Positions 38,146-52,851 of a stretch of DNA of 64,000 bases are shown here, piece by piece (within the stretch, counting starts at the first letter, position 1; every line of letters starts with the position of its first letter). The stretch spans positions 480,229 to 544,228 of the forward strand of contig NW_004797517.1 in NCBI RefSeq assembly GCF_000002075.1. The letters are read 5' to 3'. Position numbers and translations under genes: made by a program. This DNA comes from Aplysia californica. Its lineage: Eukaryota. Under the pieces are notes generated by a model. It worked only from the letters and a program-made list of their open reading frames with translations, made no database searches and had not been told where the DNA came from.

Positions 38146-38226
38146 CTTGATCTTGAGCGAGAGCGCCTTCGCCGAACCGGAGATCGTGTGCGGGACCGCC
38201 GACGTTCACGAGATCTAGAGCGCCTT
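38146..38226 (-). CDS. SRSF11/SREK1: SRSF11/SREK1-like RS exon
   Basis: tttgcAG|...|GTgaaa; 81 nt, phase 2-2; RRRSRSRERRRSRTRSPVRRRRSRSRS. Confidence 0.9.
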
Positions 38227-39114
38227 CTGCAAATGAAAGGTGAAAAAAAAAAAAGGATAAACTTTATGGTCAGGCCCTAAGGTTCAGCCAAACCCCCCAC
38301 AAAATCAAACATTTATCTTCACCCTGCACTTTTAAATGTTAAAAAAATACAGAAGAAAGAAAAACAAATCAAATCAAAACACAAAATACAGTCAAGTAGC
38401 TCACTACAATTATTCAGTTCTAATACATATGTGCGCAAAATAGTTATAGACATGCTAGACCTCTAGATTGCTGTGAAACCTAAAAATTCAATAACTCTTT
38501 CTCATCAAATCCCAAAATATACACAAAAACTGGGGCAAACAGTATGGAATATAAAAAAAGAGGAGAAATACCTACACATTACACCCTTTAAAGTATTTGT
38601 GGTGCATGAGCATTCAATCATAGTCATGGTCACTCTGTGTATCTGTGTGAATGTGCGTGTGGGTTAAATGTTTACATCCCTTGGTGGTCCAAAATCGATA
38701 AGAGCAGGCTTCGGCCGCCACCCGGGCAAAATCCAAAATTTCCTACCAATTGAAAATGTTTGGTGTGTCCCGCGCACTCATATGACCTTATGCAGTTGCG
38801 AGCGCCGTACACTTACCAAACACCCCTTNNNNNNNNNNNNNNNNNNNNNNNNNNNNNNNNNNNNNNNNNNNNNNNNNNNNNNNNNNNNNNNNNNNNNNNN
38901 NNNNNNNNNNNNNNNNNNNNNNNNNNNNNNNNNNNNNNNNNNNNNNNNNNNNNNNNNNNNNNNNNNNNNNNNNNNNNNNNNNNNNNNNNNNNNNNNNNNN
39001 NNNNNNNNNNNNNNNNNNNNNNNNNNNNNNNNNNNNNNNNNNNNNNNNNNNNNNNNNNNNNNNNNNNNNNNNNNNNNNNNNNNNNNNNNNNNNNNNNNNN
39101 NNNNNNTGTGTGTG

Positions 39115-39753
39115 TAAGGTTTTTTTTGGTATTGTTTTGTTGGTTTGATTTTTGGTCAGCTTTTTTGGCTGCTGATTTTGTGCAAGGGTAAAAAAAACGA
39201 CATATTATGTAAGTAAGACGAAGACCGAGAGCCATGGTAAACAAACACACAAGCCACCACCACTCGGAGAACGAGCGGCGCTTTTGTCGCAAGTTCACGT
39301 CAATGTCCATTGTTACTTTGTTAAAGAATAAGTAAACAAAACAGTGACCAGTCACCTCACACATGATTTGTGCATGAGTCGTGAGCGGGCTTATGATGGA
39401 TCACGCTTCCCTCACCAGCAGCTGAAAATGTATTTTTAGGCCTACCCATTGGTCAACTTGGGTATACATTCATTAAAGTGAGGGACTAACAATAACGACA
39501 GGTGAATAAATTATGACAGCCCGTCCACAGTGCGAGGGGCCGACTCAAAATTTATGACAAAGCATCGGGGCAATGTGTGACCTCGCCTGGCTGCCTCAGG
39601 CAGGTAAATTTGACAGTGGGTTGATAAAATAAGGTGGCCGCGGGTGCCTTGGACAAGTGACCGTTTTACACAGTTAAAATAACTAGACAAAATGCAAGGG
39701 GGGAAATGGAAAGTGGTCATTTGTACAGGTGGCCGTCATGGTAGGTTCGACTG
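39115..39753. mobile_element. Partial copy (left end in gap) of the pogo/Tigger-like MITE at 57821-58622
   Basis: Ends ggtggccgtcatggtaggttcgactg|ta; colinear with 57990-58622. Confidence 0.7.
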
Positions 39754-41071
39754 TAGTTTGTCAGACATGAACAAAAACAACAACCCTTTAAGTTTCTAAA
39801 ACAAGGGTTTAAATACCCCTTAAGATAGACAACCAAAGGGTGAAAGAACCTCTTAAGTTGGCCTGAAAAGGGGAGCCCTGCATACATACATACATACAAA
39901 GGAGGAATAGGAGGGGGGGGGGGCGCACACACGGTAGAACATTTATAGCAAGGTCAAAGCATTCTTTCTCTTATCCAAAATGGAAAGCAAAATCATGATA
40001 CCAAGACATGCTGAGACTGGGGATTAACACAATGCAGACACAGATACTCGTTCAAACATAGACAGAAAGAAAACTCATAATTTCAAGTGATCAGGAATGA
40101 AGAAAGATGAAAATAATGACACACAAGAATGAAGAAACAGAAATAAATTAAAACCTAAACGGAGGAACTCTCTTCTTTAACTTCCATACCCTAACAGTTA
40201 AACATGTTTACGCCTCTGTGAGCCATGCTATATTTTGTTCAATGTAATTATTTATTGTTCCTACTTGTGTTCATCCCTGTGAGCCTTGAGAAGTTTGTGG
40301 CGGGGAAGGGGGGGGGGGTGCATTAAAGTCAGTAAATCCTCATTATCTACAAACTAGCCGCCACTCAATAGTGTCCTTTCAGACAGCTGGTTGTTTCACA
40401 TGCCAGCATGTTTATATAAAATACTACATCAGTGTCGTCACACGTCAGACATGGGGGCCTTTTTACCTTAATCGGCATGACCGGCGTGCCCCCATTTACA
40501 TGAACAATCTGAGTCCCCACCCCGCTATCCATGAGCAGGCCAAGTAAATAAACAACATCTTGCCCCTAAATTTTCAGTGCAAGCTTGCAGATTTCCTCCT
40601 AAGACCGCCGAGACGCTTCCATGTGAGTCTCAAAAAGTATTCACCCGTCTGTTAAACTGCACATGTATTGCTCTTGAGGTTCAACGCCCCAGAGTGGACA
40701 CACGCAGCCCCCATTTATTAACGTGGGGGACATCACAGCCATGAACTCTAGTACTAAATATTCTCTCTACTCTTTGGTGACAACTTTCTTTAGTCTTACC
40801 TTAGCAAAACAAATTTTAACCTCCTGCACGGAATTCTTAGACGAACTTCAGGGAATTTCATATCCATAGCTCAGATAGTACATAAATATCTTTCATCTTC
40901 CCCTTCCAAATTGAATTTTGTTGGCTACTATGTGTTAAGTTACTATACTTTATAAAGCAATAGTACCAGTCAGGTTCCACAGAACTTCTGTTAACGAAGC
41001 TGTTCTGAGCACATTTCTGCTTGCATTGATCAATCAGATCGGTGACCACATAAGACAAGAGAATAAGTAAC

Positions 41072-42758
41072 CAGAGCTGTTAAAGTACTTTTAAAAAGGT
41101 ATTTAAGTACAATCTAAAATATGTACTTAAGTGCAGTAAAAGTACTTTCCTGTAAAATGTACTTCAGTACAAGTACTTTTTTAAAAAGTACTTATGAGTA
41201 CATTTTGAGTACTTTCTGCTAATATGATAAAACACTTCAGTGCTAATGCAAAACATCATATTGAATAACATATCTAGTATACAAATTAGGCCATTTATTA
41301 CTAATAATGTAAACAGTATACAAAGCATTTGAATATACGCACTGAACGTAGGTGGAAATCGTCTGTGAAATGGAAAAAAAAAACAGCAAACAAACAGACG
41401 CAACTAGTCAGTAAGTGATATCATGAATAGAACTTGTTTGAGCAAGACAATATGATCAAATGTAAGTCAGTCCCAGAGGTCGGAAAGTAGGAAAAGTACC
41501 CAAATTGGAAAATGTAGAGACTAAGTTGCTCTTAAGAAAAAATAAGATGGATGAAAATGGCCAGCAAAAAAATGGAAACCTGCAATGAATTCTTCATTAA
41601 CAAATCCTCAAGAAATCAAGGTAGCCTTAAGCACAAACCACAAAAAAAGTTTAATAAAAGAAATTTAGGTAGCCTAAAAAATTGTTATATACATTGAGAA
41701 CTCAATTTCAGTTTCAATTGATTATAATAGTGGTAAGACAGATTTTGGTCACACTGTGTAGTCCACGGCGCCCACGGCAAACCAAAATAAGCCTACATGT
41801 AATTTCCTAGAGTCTAGTAAGTGTAGTGTAACCAAAAATTCTCTACTACAGTAGTCTCCGCCTAAGATCCCAGTGCTTGGGAGCAAGGGAAATACGGGAT
41901 CACCCGGATCTTACCCGACAAAGCCAAGGAAGAATCTACAGTGACCCATGAACCTGGGTGGATTTATGACATATGGCGAGCAAAGAATGGTAAACCTTGA
42001 TGACCAATCACAGTAGCATGGTAGCATGAGGCATGCATTAATATTATACCGTACACTCATTAGCATATCGTCTCGAGATCTTTATCTACGTTTATCCAGT
42101 TGCCCCTCCCCTTTACCTGTCCAAAAATTGTAGCCTTCCATCTCTGATTGAGTCCCCCCCCGCCTTTGTCGCTACGTACCATTCCATTATGCTGTGACCA
42201 CACCAATTAAAATTCAGGCTGTCTCGCAAAGTCGGGAATAGAGAAAAACTGCCTTCAACTTCAATGGTCAGGGAAAAGTTCACAGTTCGATGTGATCCTG
42301 CCTGGAGCGAACTTGTAGGCCCTACCCACCCAGCGAGTGATGTGAGTTCAGGTGGCGAGCTCAGATTCGAGTGCGATGTTTGGGGAAAAGAAACGCATCG
42401 GTCAGTTCACACCTCGGTGTGATCCCGTCTGGGGATCATTGTACCGTTTCATGGAGTTTCACAATGCTTGTGATCACATTCACTAGAGTGGCTGATCTTT
42501 GACGCGACGGGCAGTTCTTTGATCTCAACTTTTAACTCTTGGTTGATCGGCTGTGCCCGCCCGGGTGTTTGTTCCGTAAATTATGATCAGAAATGCCAGC
42601 ACTTACTCTTTCATTAAGCTTCAAAAGTACTCAAAATGTACTTTAAAAATACTCAAAAGTACTTCTATAAAAAGTATCGGACTACCGTACTGATTCTCAA
42701 AATGTACCGGAGTACAGTAAAAGTACCGAAAATTGTAACGTAAGTACAAGTACCGCTG
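41072..42758. mobile_element. hAT-like MITE with AGTAC subterminal arrays, carrying a nested pogo-like element (~41848-42598)
   Basis: 8-bp TSD taagtaac (41064-41071 / 42759-42766); CAG...CTG ends; dense aagtac/gtactt repeats at both ends. Confidence 0.75.
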
Positions 42759-44826
42759 TAAGTAACTGTGTTATAGAGAAAGTGGAAGGACAGAACAAAA
42801 CATGCGAGTCTACGATGAAATGAAACATTTGAACTGGTGATTATTTCCTGTGACTGACAGTATGAGTAGATTTAACTGTGATCAAATTTCACACCTGATT
42901 AGTAAGATAAAAACAAGAAAAGATGAACTGTTCTTCACAAACAATTTTTACAAAGGAACACCAAAGTACAAACTGATAACATATGCTGGTCAAAACCCCG
43001 AAAGAAATCAATTCAAACATTTCACTGCATTGCAATACAAAACATCACCCAAGAAGCACTGTCACAACCCCCTCTCCAAACTGAATGTTTAGAGAACAAT
43101 AAGTGCAAAAATACAAAATGTATGATGAAGTAAAAACAATAACATGAGAAGACAGACAAGTCAGTTCAAAGCTTCCAATGCAATTAGCGTCAAAATTACT
43201 GAGATTGTCAAGTGAAAAGGCTTAAATCAGGTGGTTTGTTAAAAGGATTCTGAATATACAAAAACCCATAATACGTAATAATCATGGCTGGTGCTGCATC
43301 CCCCCCCCCCCCCCTTTACCCTCAAAATAGTGGGGGGGGGGGGGGGGGAGGTTGTTTGGAATTGAAAAGGGGAAAGCAAACAGAGACCAAAAAATCCCTA
43401 CTGTGTACTGTTACACGCAGCTGATAACTCACTTTGCTGGTCTTTCACAACACAAATTAAAACATTTAAAGTGGTGATATCATCTCAAGCCATACTGAAG
43501 AATAATATCAATATAAGGCAGACAAAATAATCATTTCAAAGACAATAAATTATAAACGTACTTGTATATATATATATATATATGGTTCTTCAATACTTAA
43601 GACATTTTCTATTCCCTGTTTGACAATCAGTTCTTCTAAAAAAAAACCTACCACACAATACCGTAAACATAACTGTAGTCATTTGATGTCGATTACAGTT
43701 TACACATCCGATACCGGATGTTTAGTATTCGTTCTTGCCAAGTGCTACTCCATGGGCAGATCTAAATCTCGGGTTCTGATGATCATAAACAGAATCTAAT
43801 TCATTTTTTTGAAAGGATCTGGTTCCAAAAGTTGTGGAAGTCACTTTAAAAATGATCTTATGTTATTTGTAAAAGGATGCAACTGAACAGTAGGTATGAG
43901 AATTTCAAGGTGCATTCGTTAGTGGACAGAATATTGAAGTGACCTAATTACCGATAACTCACCCTTCTGCCCGGAATGCCGAAACAAGGCCCCGCGGCGT
44001 TAAAGTATGAACATGGTGCGCAAGCCCAGTCAGTGACTGAGCAATTAAATATGATAACAAATGATAAGTAATTCTTCGAAAAACTTGACGAATTTGCTTT
44101 CCCAGGCTTGCCAACTTTTGAGATACTGAATTCAGGAATTTTGATGCGCTGGAGCGCCACGGTCAAACACTTCTGTGATAGGCTACTAAAACTACTTTTA
44201 AAAAACCACCCACACCATAAAAACAGCGATTTTCGGGAAACCAGCGTTTCGGAAAAGGTTCGGGAACGATGACGGCAGTTCGGGAATTTCCCGAAAAATT
44301 CGGGAAGGTTGACAAGCCCGCTTTCCAATTATGGATGGGACCAGATTATGTCTTGTGTGCATGGACTTAAAATCGGATTTGTTAGCATAGCGTTGAACGC
44401 ATCTGCTGCACTATATCATAACAGGACCAAATTAGCTGTCTATATTTTTTTAAATTTGGTAACCAAATATGTGAAGTGTCACGTTTGGAACAAAAGAGAA
44501 GGACCATTGATTGCCAATGAATTCTCTTCTTGTGTCAGTAACTGCCTGGAGCCTAGTCTACTGACAATAAATATGCCACATTCATTATATACAGTGATGG
44601 CTCTACTTATCAGACCACAACGCTATCTTGTCAAATGCAACCAGCGACATTTGTACCAGATAGGACAAAACTGTTGAACACACAATATCTTGAAAAAGAA
44701 CAAATGCAAATGGAAGTGGACAGCACATACAGAGATAGAAAGGTCCCTGAAAAATGGTAGGGTCTATGTGCTCATGGATAATCTTGAATGTTTTTAAGAA
44801 AGCAAGACAATTATGGTTTGCTTTAA

Positions 44827-45069
44827 CCCTATCTGTACGTCCTGGGGTCATTTTGTACCCCCGGGGTTGTATTCTTCGCATTATAGAGTATTACTTCTTG
44901 CGCGAAGATCTCTTTGAAACTTTCAGTATTTCTCAAAAAATCATTTTGACTGACTGCTGTGCAAAGCATACTGATTGGATTAACGAATAAATTTCCTCTT
45001 TCGAAAGTGGTGGCACAGAATTCCCCACGTCGTATGGATACGATAGTAAAACACGATGTACGGATAGGG
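44827..45069. mobile_element. piggyBac-like MITE (243 bp)
   Basis: ttaa|ccctatctgtac ... gtacggataggg|ttaa; second copy at ~50525-50762. Confidence 0.8.
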
Positions 45070-48000
45070 TTAATCGATTACCCAAACGCCCATGCGTCCA
45101 TTGGCGCTTGCCGAGTGGCATTGATTAACGTGACTCAAACGCCTAGAGGCCGACATACTGTCACTTAGGCGGTTGAATCATGCAGATTTTGGTAGGTCTG
45201 AATGCCTATGTTCAGCAACTTACGTAAGAAAGATTTTTTGAAAAAAAGTTAGTTACAGACTATCGTCCTACATAATATTATATCACATATCTGATTTTCA
45301 GATTCATAGGTACAAGCATAAAGAAACAAAACAAGTTTTTCGCTTGTCCTGAAAAATTTGTCTCTTGGCACTTAGGCGGTTGAATCACGCGGTTAACGAT
45401 ATGTTTTTATGATCTTTGTTCCAGTGGTCTGTTGGGGAACAAACATTTTTCTCTCTATGATAGGCATTATGTTGTGATATTTATGTTAATAAATATTAAT
45501 AAATGTTAAATCGACATCAGAATGACTTAGATTTGTTCATAAATTGTAGTCATCTGATGTCGGTTGCAGTTTACACATCCGATACTGGATGTTTAGTATT
45601 CGTTCTTGCCAAGTGCTAGTATCTAATTGTTCATGTTGTTTGGTTCAACTGATGCAATTTGATTGTTTATTATGGATCTTGTACAATGGATCTGCCTGTG
45701 GAGGAAGTGCTGGCAGATAGGCATTATGTTGTAATATTTTTGTTAATAAATATTAATAAATGTTAAATCGACATCAGAATGACTTAGATTTGTTTATAAA
45801 TTTATTTATTTTTTACACTGTTTGTTCACCAGTAAGCCATCCTGGGACTACGAAGCTCATGCAAATGCTGTCAACAAAGAAAAGTTGCTGAGAACCAAAA
45901 ATGAATATCAACTCATGACACTGTTTTTAACTATGAATAACATGCACTGGTTCTTTCTTTTAGATGAGAAAGGCAACCTCTATACACAAGTATCCGGCAA
46001 ATCAGCGGTGCACAAGATTAGTACCTTGAGGCAAAATACATCTAACTGTACAAACACATGGAATTCAGAAAGTTCTTTCATTAAATCAAACAGTGCAACA
46101 TTTGGACCAACCTCAAGGGACTAGAAAGGGAAATCTATGATAAAGAAACCCATTCCATTTCAAAAGACTAAAGAAACCCATTCCATTAAAAAAAACTAAA
46201 GAAACCCATTCCATTTCAAAAGTCAAAATATATATGAAATAATGGGGGGGGGGGAGAAAGGTAGCTCATAGCTACTGACTCCACCATGTACAATGTAAAG
46301 AGCAGCTACAATAAGGCACTAATCTTAGCATAGTCCTACTGCCTGTAACAAGAGAAACAAGTTACAACTATGAAAATGAACTTTCTAATAAGATGTAATG
46401 GGCAATGAGGTAGCCTACTGCATTATGGTGATGCTAAAAGAGAAGATTTTTGCCCCAAAACTTATCTATGTAACACCCCTTTTTTAAATTCTAAACCAAA
46501 GATTTCTCTGTACTGTCCTTAACGTCCTTAAAAGACAATATAAAAACCAAATACCAGTACCATTTCCTTCTGAGTTTTTTTTTTCTTGCTACTGTCTCCC
46601 CTATCTAAAGCCCTTAGCCTTTGTTGAATGTATTGTTTTCATCAGAGTATATACAAAACAGAGAATAGATCTAATCTATGGCATAAAAGAAAATAATGCC
46701 ATGAATGATTTTTAAAAAATGATTTTCATCTTTGGAATGTCGATATTCAGCCAAATAGAGAAAAAAACACCCATTGTCAGCACTTGCAGTTGTACCATTC
46801 CTGCCTTATTGAAAAGGGTTTCAAAGTGCTCAGTTTTAATGACTGCAATGCCCCCACCCCCCCCCCCCCCCACCACTCTTCTCACTCCGCCAGAAGAACT
46901 TCAGCCTTAAGTTCAGAAACATGCTAATACTTCTGCCCTACAACTAGCTTTCCCTTGACCTGATCCTTACTCTGAGAAGACTTTTAAACACAACAAAAGA
47001 TTATTGAAAGTAGATAAAAGCTGCCAAGTGAAAAGCACAATGAGTATTCACAACTTGGATAAGAAAGCAGTGTTAAAAATCCAAGCCAAACAACGTGGTG
47101 AAAAAAACATAGGGTGCAGCAATGAACAGAATACCATCTACAGAGTCAGTTACAAATGAAAGTTGAAAAATTCACTTGACAAAAAGGGAAAGGTGAAAAA
47201 ACACACACGAAAACTTTCAAAAACAAGTTTGACAAAAGAGCAATGGTTTATACGATATCACATATCCTGATGGTATACTCACACTGGAGGAGCAGGGGGG
47301 CCCGCTCGTCCCCTGGGTTGAATAACAATGGCATACACCATGCAGATATCGCAACGAGTGGGATCGACACAACACACAAAAAGAAGCCTAAATTTCTTTG
47401 GCTCTAGCAAATCATACAAGGACACTATCGCGGGTTTCTGTGTTGCACATGATACATGTTTTCAGAATAGAATTTGCAGTTCGTGATAAAACATTAAATG
47501 TGGGTGTTCCCCAAGGACCTAGAGGGATTTTTAGATGACTTGGCATAATGTGTCTTCCTCCCCTCCCCCCCCCAACCCAATTCATTCATGCTGGACAGGT
47601 GCACTGGAAAAAAAATTAACAGCCTGTACACTAAAGTCTTATTAAAAAGGTGTTGAAGAACATGAAAATTTGGGAAAGATTAAAGCACTAAATTTCCTTT
47701 CCATCCGTGGTTGTTGTTTCGAGTGATTAAAATTGTTTCAATGTCACAACAAAGACCAACACTACTTTCTTTACTATTTCATAAAGGTCAAAGGCTTAGT
47801 TACAATTTTAATGTAATGTTTGTCTCAAAAAAGTAATTGATAAAGTGAAAGACTGAACATTCCAGAAAAAAACCAAAAGAAAATAAAAATTCACATCCAC
47901 ATAAAGACAAAGCTCTTGGATCAAAAAACATAAATAACACACACTGCATTGCTAATTGAAAAAAAAATTCTACACGATAAATTGTAATACAGAATATATT

Positions 48001-49339
48001 TTTTTAAAAGCAACCTCAAACTGCAATTACTATTCCCTTAACTTATTTCTAAGTAATTCTCTGACCATTTGCGTTTGTGCCTGGTGAAAGGTAACGTCTG
48101 AGGCAATTTGAAGAAGTGCATTTTATTGCCTTTTCTGGTACAAAAACCATTTCTGAACAACTTGCTCTACAAATTTAAGATTGCTTCAGTACTTTATGAG
48201 ACCTGGTTAATTTTGTCAGGTAGGGTGCAGATACAAAGTTTTGAGAAAAATGGGCCGCATCATTCGTCCCCACATCCCTTGACACACAGTAACAACTCAA
48301 ACTTTAAAAAAGCAATTTAAGACAACTGAAGAGTTTCAAAGTGTCATTAAAAACGTTTTGAAAGCAAATTCACTGTCAAGTAGAACTAGGACTTTCGCAA
48401 AATTACTTCGCTTTCCTCACGAAGTGTGGAAGGGTACATGTACGCTCACAGCCTCTGTCAATGCACACACGAAAACACATTAGACGACCTAAATACTGAT
48501 AGGCGAAGTGAAGGGGTAATTTTTATGAACAAGTTATAAAAATCGTTGTAAATGAAAATAATAGAAATTTCCAAGAATGGCTTTGCTTTGCTCATGAAGT
48601 GGAATAGGGTATAACTGTGCAAAACCAGCTATCCTTTACTGCTTTGTTACACTCGTGCGCACTTCCCAGGTCGAGTAAGGTAACAGGCTGACCTAAATTT
48701 TGGTATGTAATGTGATGGCTTTGTATTTATAAACCTGCCGCCCATGTAGGATCTGACAGTAAATGTTCCTACGCAAATTGTCTTGCAATTATTTTAGATG
48801 AATTGTGACAAAAAACATCTTCAAAATACATTATTTTGAGTCAAGTAAAAACAAAGCCATGTAAATATCAGTAGAATGGCTAAAAATCATTGTTAAATGG
48901 AACTAAATTTTGGAGAAAAAAAGTCTTTTTGACCTTTACTGTCCTGTACCTCAGTTCAAACAAATGCGTCTTACGGAACCTTCCACCAGGTACGAATACA
49001 TTTTGGTACAAGCTAGTAGCAGCAACAAAATAGGATAACTATTAATTAACCAAGACGTGTCATGAAGCCAAACTTTCCAAGCGGCATATCCATGATCAGT
49101 CACCAGAAAGGAACGCCAAATCTTCCATTGAAAAAATTATTTTTAAGTTCACACCAGTCACTTGTATGAACATAAAAATCTTTTAAAACTGATATTGTAA
49201 ACTGTAGATTTTGTTTGTTCTTGTTCCAGGACCCATTTCTTCTTACTCCTGATTCATACAGTCCAAAATTCATGCTTAAAATTCAACACCACAAAGTCCT
49301 GGTTGCCAAACAAAAATTCAGAGAAACGAAAATACCAAC

Positions 49340-49553
49340 CTTGATCTAGATCTTCGTCTTTTAACAGGCGTCCGGGATCGACGAGGAGACCTATGCCTTG
49401 ATCTTGACCTCCTCCGTGACCTGGACCTTGACTTACGACGACGGCCTCCCCTTGATCGCGAGCGAGACCGCCGAGATCGAGAAGCAGAGCGGCTGCGAGC
49501 CTTTGACTTGGATCTCGACCTTTTTCTTGGTGGGGATTGTGCATCCTCTTTTT
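49340..49553 (-). CDS. SRSF11/SREK1: SRSF11/SREK1-like exon (start of RS domain)
   Basis: Polypyrimidine tract then aatAAG|...|GTtggt; 214 nt; KKEDAQSPPRKRSRSKSKARSRSASRSRRSRSRSRGGRRRKSRSRSRRRSRSRHRSPRRSRTPVKRRRSRS. Confidence 0.92.
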
Positions 49554-50524
49554 CTTATTTGAAAAAAAAAGGGGGGGGGGGGGGGGAGTTTAGATCAAAT
49601 TCTCTGAACAACATTGCCTCTGAGCTATCCTGAAACAAAGAAAATGTCCCAGTAAGGGTCTCGGTTTTCAACAGCACATGTCCTTTAATCTTATCAAAAA
49701 GAATGTCTCATTTATAGAAGGAAAGAATGAGAATTCAGCCTTTTCGTGCCAGGGATTACGAGTCTAGCACAATGACTTAACCATGATCACCCATACGAAA
49801 ACTGCCTGAGCTTTACCTTATTTCGTACGCCCAAATACAGACCACATGACACCAACTGACCCCCCCCCCCCCCCCCCCAATTCCCAGTTTTCCATTATTT
49901 GAATAAAATTAAAAACTCTTTGCGGCAAGCATAAACAATTTCTGCTCACTGCAAATAGCATTTTTCTAAGCGAAAAATTCTAAGCCCTGATATCCAAAAG
50001 GAAAAAAAACCCATGAGAGCAAACACTGATTGATGAGAATGCAAATTTACACTCAGCTGTTACTCAAAAACATATAACCTCAACAAGCAGCTCAATTGTT
50101 CTAGGCCCAAAAAGAAAAATCTTTCAGGTGAGAGAAAAAACACTGCTTCATTCTTTTAACAGTTGTACCTACTTTACTGGGAAGACTATGTAAAAGAGTG
50201 GAATGGCTGTTACTGAATTATCTTACAACAGGAGGAGAGATGATACTCTGATAGGCAGCAGCGGTGTCCCAACGGTCAGCCAGACTATGGGATGGGTGAA
50301 GGCAATATACAATATGTATTTTTCTTCCTTTTTTTTAACATTTAGAATTCGGATCTTGACAAAATATTTCTCAAGTACATACCAGATTTAATTTTTCTAA
50401 TCTGCAATAAATATTTCTTTTTTTAAAATATATATTTTAGGGCTTACTGCAACTGAATAGGTGGCCCACACAATAAGATATAGGTAAAAGAAAATTTGAA
50501 CCCCAATTCTCAAAATAAGTTAAC

Positions 50525-50762
50525 CCTATCCGTATGCCCTGGGGTCATTTTGTACTCCCGGGTTGTATTCCTCACATTTTAGAATACCTCTAGTACGAAG
50601 AACTCTTTGAAACTTTCAGTATTTAAAAAAAAATCATTTTGACATACTGCAATGCAAAGTGTATGGATCGGATTAATAAGTAAATTTCCTCTTTGTAAAG
50701 TGGTGGCACAGAGTTCCCCACGTCGTATGGATACAATAGTAAAACACGATGCATGGATACGG
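50525..50762. mobile_element. piggyBac-like MITE, paralog of 44827-45069
   Basis: ttaaccctatccgtatgccctggggtcattttgtac...; right end decayed. Confidence 0.7.
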
Positions 50763-51933
50763 TGAAAGGTGCCTTTCACACGTGATATAATGGCAATCCA
50801 CCTGTGGCTGCACTGATTGTTTGCTTGTTTGAGTAAAGAGAAGCACATCGACACAATAATGGCCATTCAGTGCTAGGGAAAAGTAAGACAGACAGAAACA
50901 ACAGAAGGAAAATAAAAAAGTAGGACCTACCAGTGGTGCCCTCTAACTACCCGCAGTGGCTGCACTGAGAGTGGAGACTTCGGATGTACATAGAAAGTCA
51001 ATTAACTTCCAAATGGTGGGCTAAAGTTTGACTTTTACCATTATGTGATTATGTGGACTTCATAATATTTCAGCTGCACAAATTAGCCAATGGAGCTAAA
51101 TCATCAAATCCGATTAAGGGGTTATGTACACGATACGAGGAATTTTCTAGGGGTCTAATTATAGACTAATTAGAAGAATCATGACGGAATTTGTCGAGTT
51201 TTATGAAAAAGTTGGTCTCTGTGGCGGCCATCTTGGATTTTTGGCCATGTTGTGGGGGAAATCGTTTCCTACAGAAAATATTAAAATTCAAACCTCAAAC
51301 TTTGCACACATATTAACAAACAAATTATCTGTGATCATAGGCTTTGATTTTTTTTATCATTAAAAACAACAAAAATATTGACATATCACTGGATCAGCAC
51401 TGAAAAAAACGAGTATGACGTGAAAAAAATCAGAATTATTTTAAAAAGTAATCACTATTTCACAAAATCCCCGCCTATGATCACAGAACTTTCTATACAG
51501 CCCCTGTGTGCCAAATTTCAAACATGTAGCTCTGATAGTTTAAGAAAAACGATTTCCCCCGCGTGGTCACCATAGTGAAAAAGTACTTTTTGAGAAAAAC
51601 AAAAAAAAAAGATTTGAAAACGTCAAAGTTTAAAAATCCATTGCCTTGAACGCGTTAAATTAGATATTTTTTTTTATCGTTGGCACATTTTTCTGATGGA
51701 ACTTATCAGGCTATTGATGGTTTATTTTCTTCTGAAGTTAACATTCCAAAACAAGTTCTCATGGCTACCTTCATTAATCTTTAGTCCCTACCCTTGACCA
51801 GTTACGTACAAATCAAAGGAATCATTTAGTGACATTCCGAGATAACTTCATCACACAGTGCGTGCGTGCGTACATGTGTATGTACATTAATTGGTTATGT
51901 CTGTGTATGTATGTATGTGCGTGTGTGTGTGTG

Positions 51934-51936
<3 letters not shown>

Positions 51937-51975
<39 letters not shown>

Positions 51976-52085
51976 TCTCTCTCTCTCCCTCTTCCTCTCT
52001 CTCCCTCGCTCTCTTCCTCCGTCTCTCTCTCCCTCACTCTCTTCCTCCGCCTCTCTCCCCCTCCGTCTCTCTCTCTCTCTCTCTT
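51937..52085. repeat. (GA)n immediately followed by a (CT)n-rich tract
   Basis: Direct inspection. Confidence 0.9.
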
Positions 52086-52851
52086 TTTTTTTCTCCCCCC
52101 CTCTCTTTTTCCCCACGAATTGAGATCTTGAAAACAATGTGGGGGTCTTTGAAAAAAATTTCCAGGAATTGGTGGGGATCCTGCAGTTAGTGTTCCACAA
52201 GCGAATTGCCACTCCCAGTCTCAGATTTGGTGACCTGGATCAAGCTCTTGTCTGGAGTCCCCCCCCCCCCCCCCCAAACCCATCGGTGTATGTAATAAGT
52301 AGTCAACCAATGCCACCCCTCCTGTGCATTCAACTATGATTAATGGTTCAAGAACTTTTTTCTTGGCTGTCTGAACGATCAATTGGTCACAACTAATTTC
52401 ATACCTCTCGCCACCCAGGAAGCGCCACTCCAACACTTTCACAGGCACTGATGAGATTTCACACCAACACCACCATTGCACCGTTCAGGGCTCACATGGA
52501 TGGGTGACATCTACCCCCAAACCACACCCCTACTCCACTTCCTCGCCTAGCGACATGGCATAAAGGTTACATCTAAAGGAACCACACTTGATAGTTTTGT
52601 TTCAAATCAGGGCTTAATGGGCAAAGCATTTTCCGTCATAGGTAAAAACCCTCCGAAGGGAAGGAATTTCTATTTTTGTTTGAGAGTTAGACAGGATTCT
52701 GTTTTATACAGGTAATTAGAGGAATTTATCAAGGGGGGAGGGGAGATTCCGTTATGACATGTTTCTGTCTTACACAGGTTTCCATTACGGAAAGTTCAAC
52801 TGTATTAGATTAAACGCCCAGGAGGGGGTTAATCATATGAACTAGACTTAC

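Noticed and set aside
50920-51795. Possible DNA-transposon-derived element (ggccatcttggattt, gtgccaaatttca motifs)
   Set aside because: It looks repetitive, but I could not define matching TIRs or a TSD, so it was not annotated.
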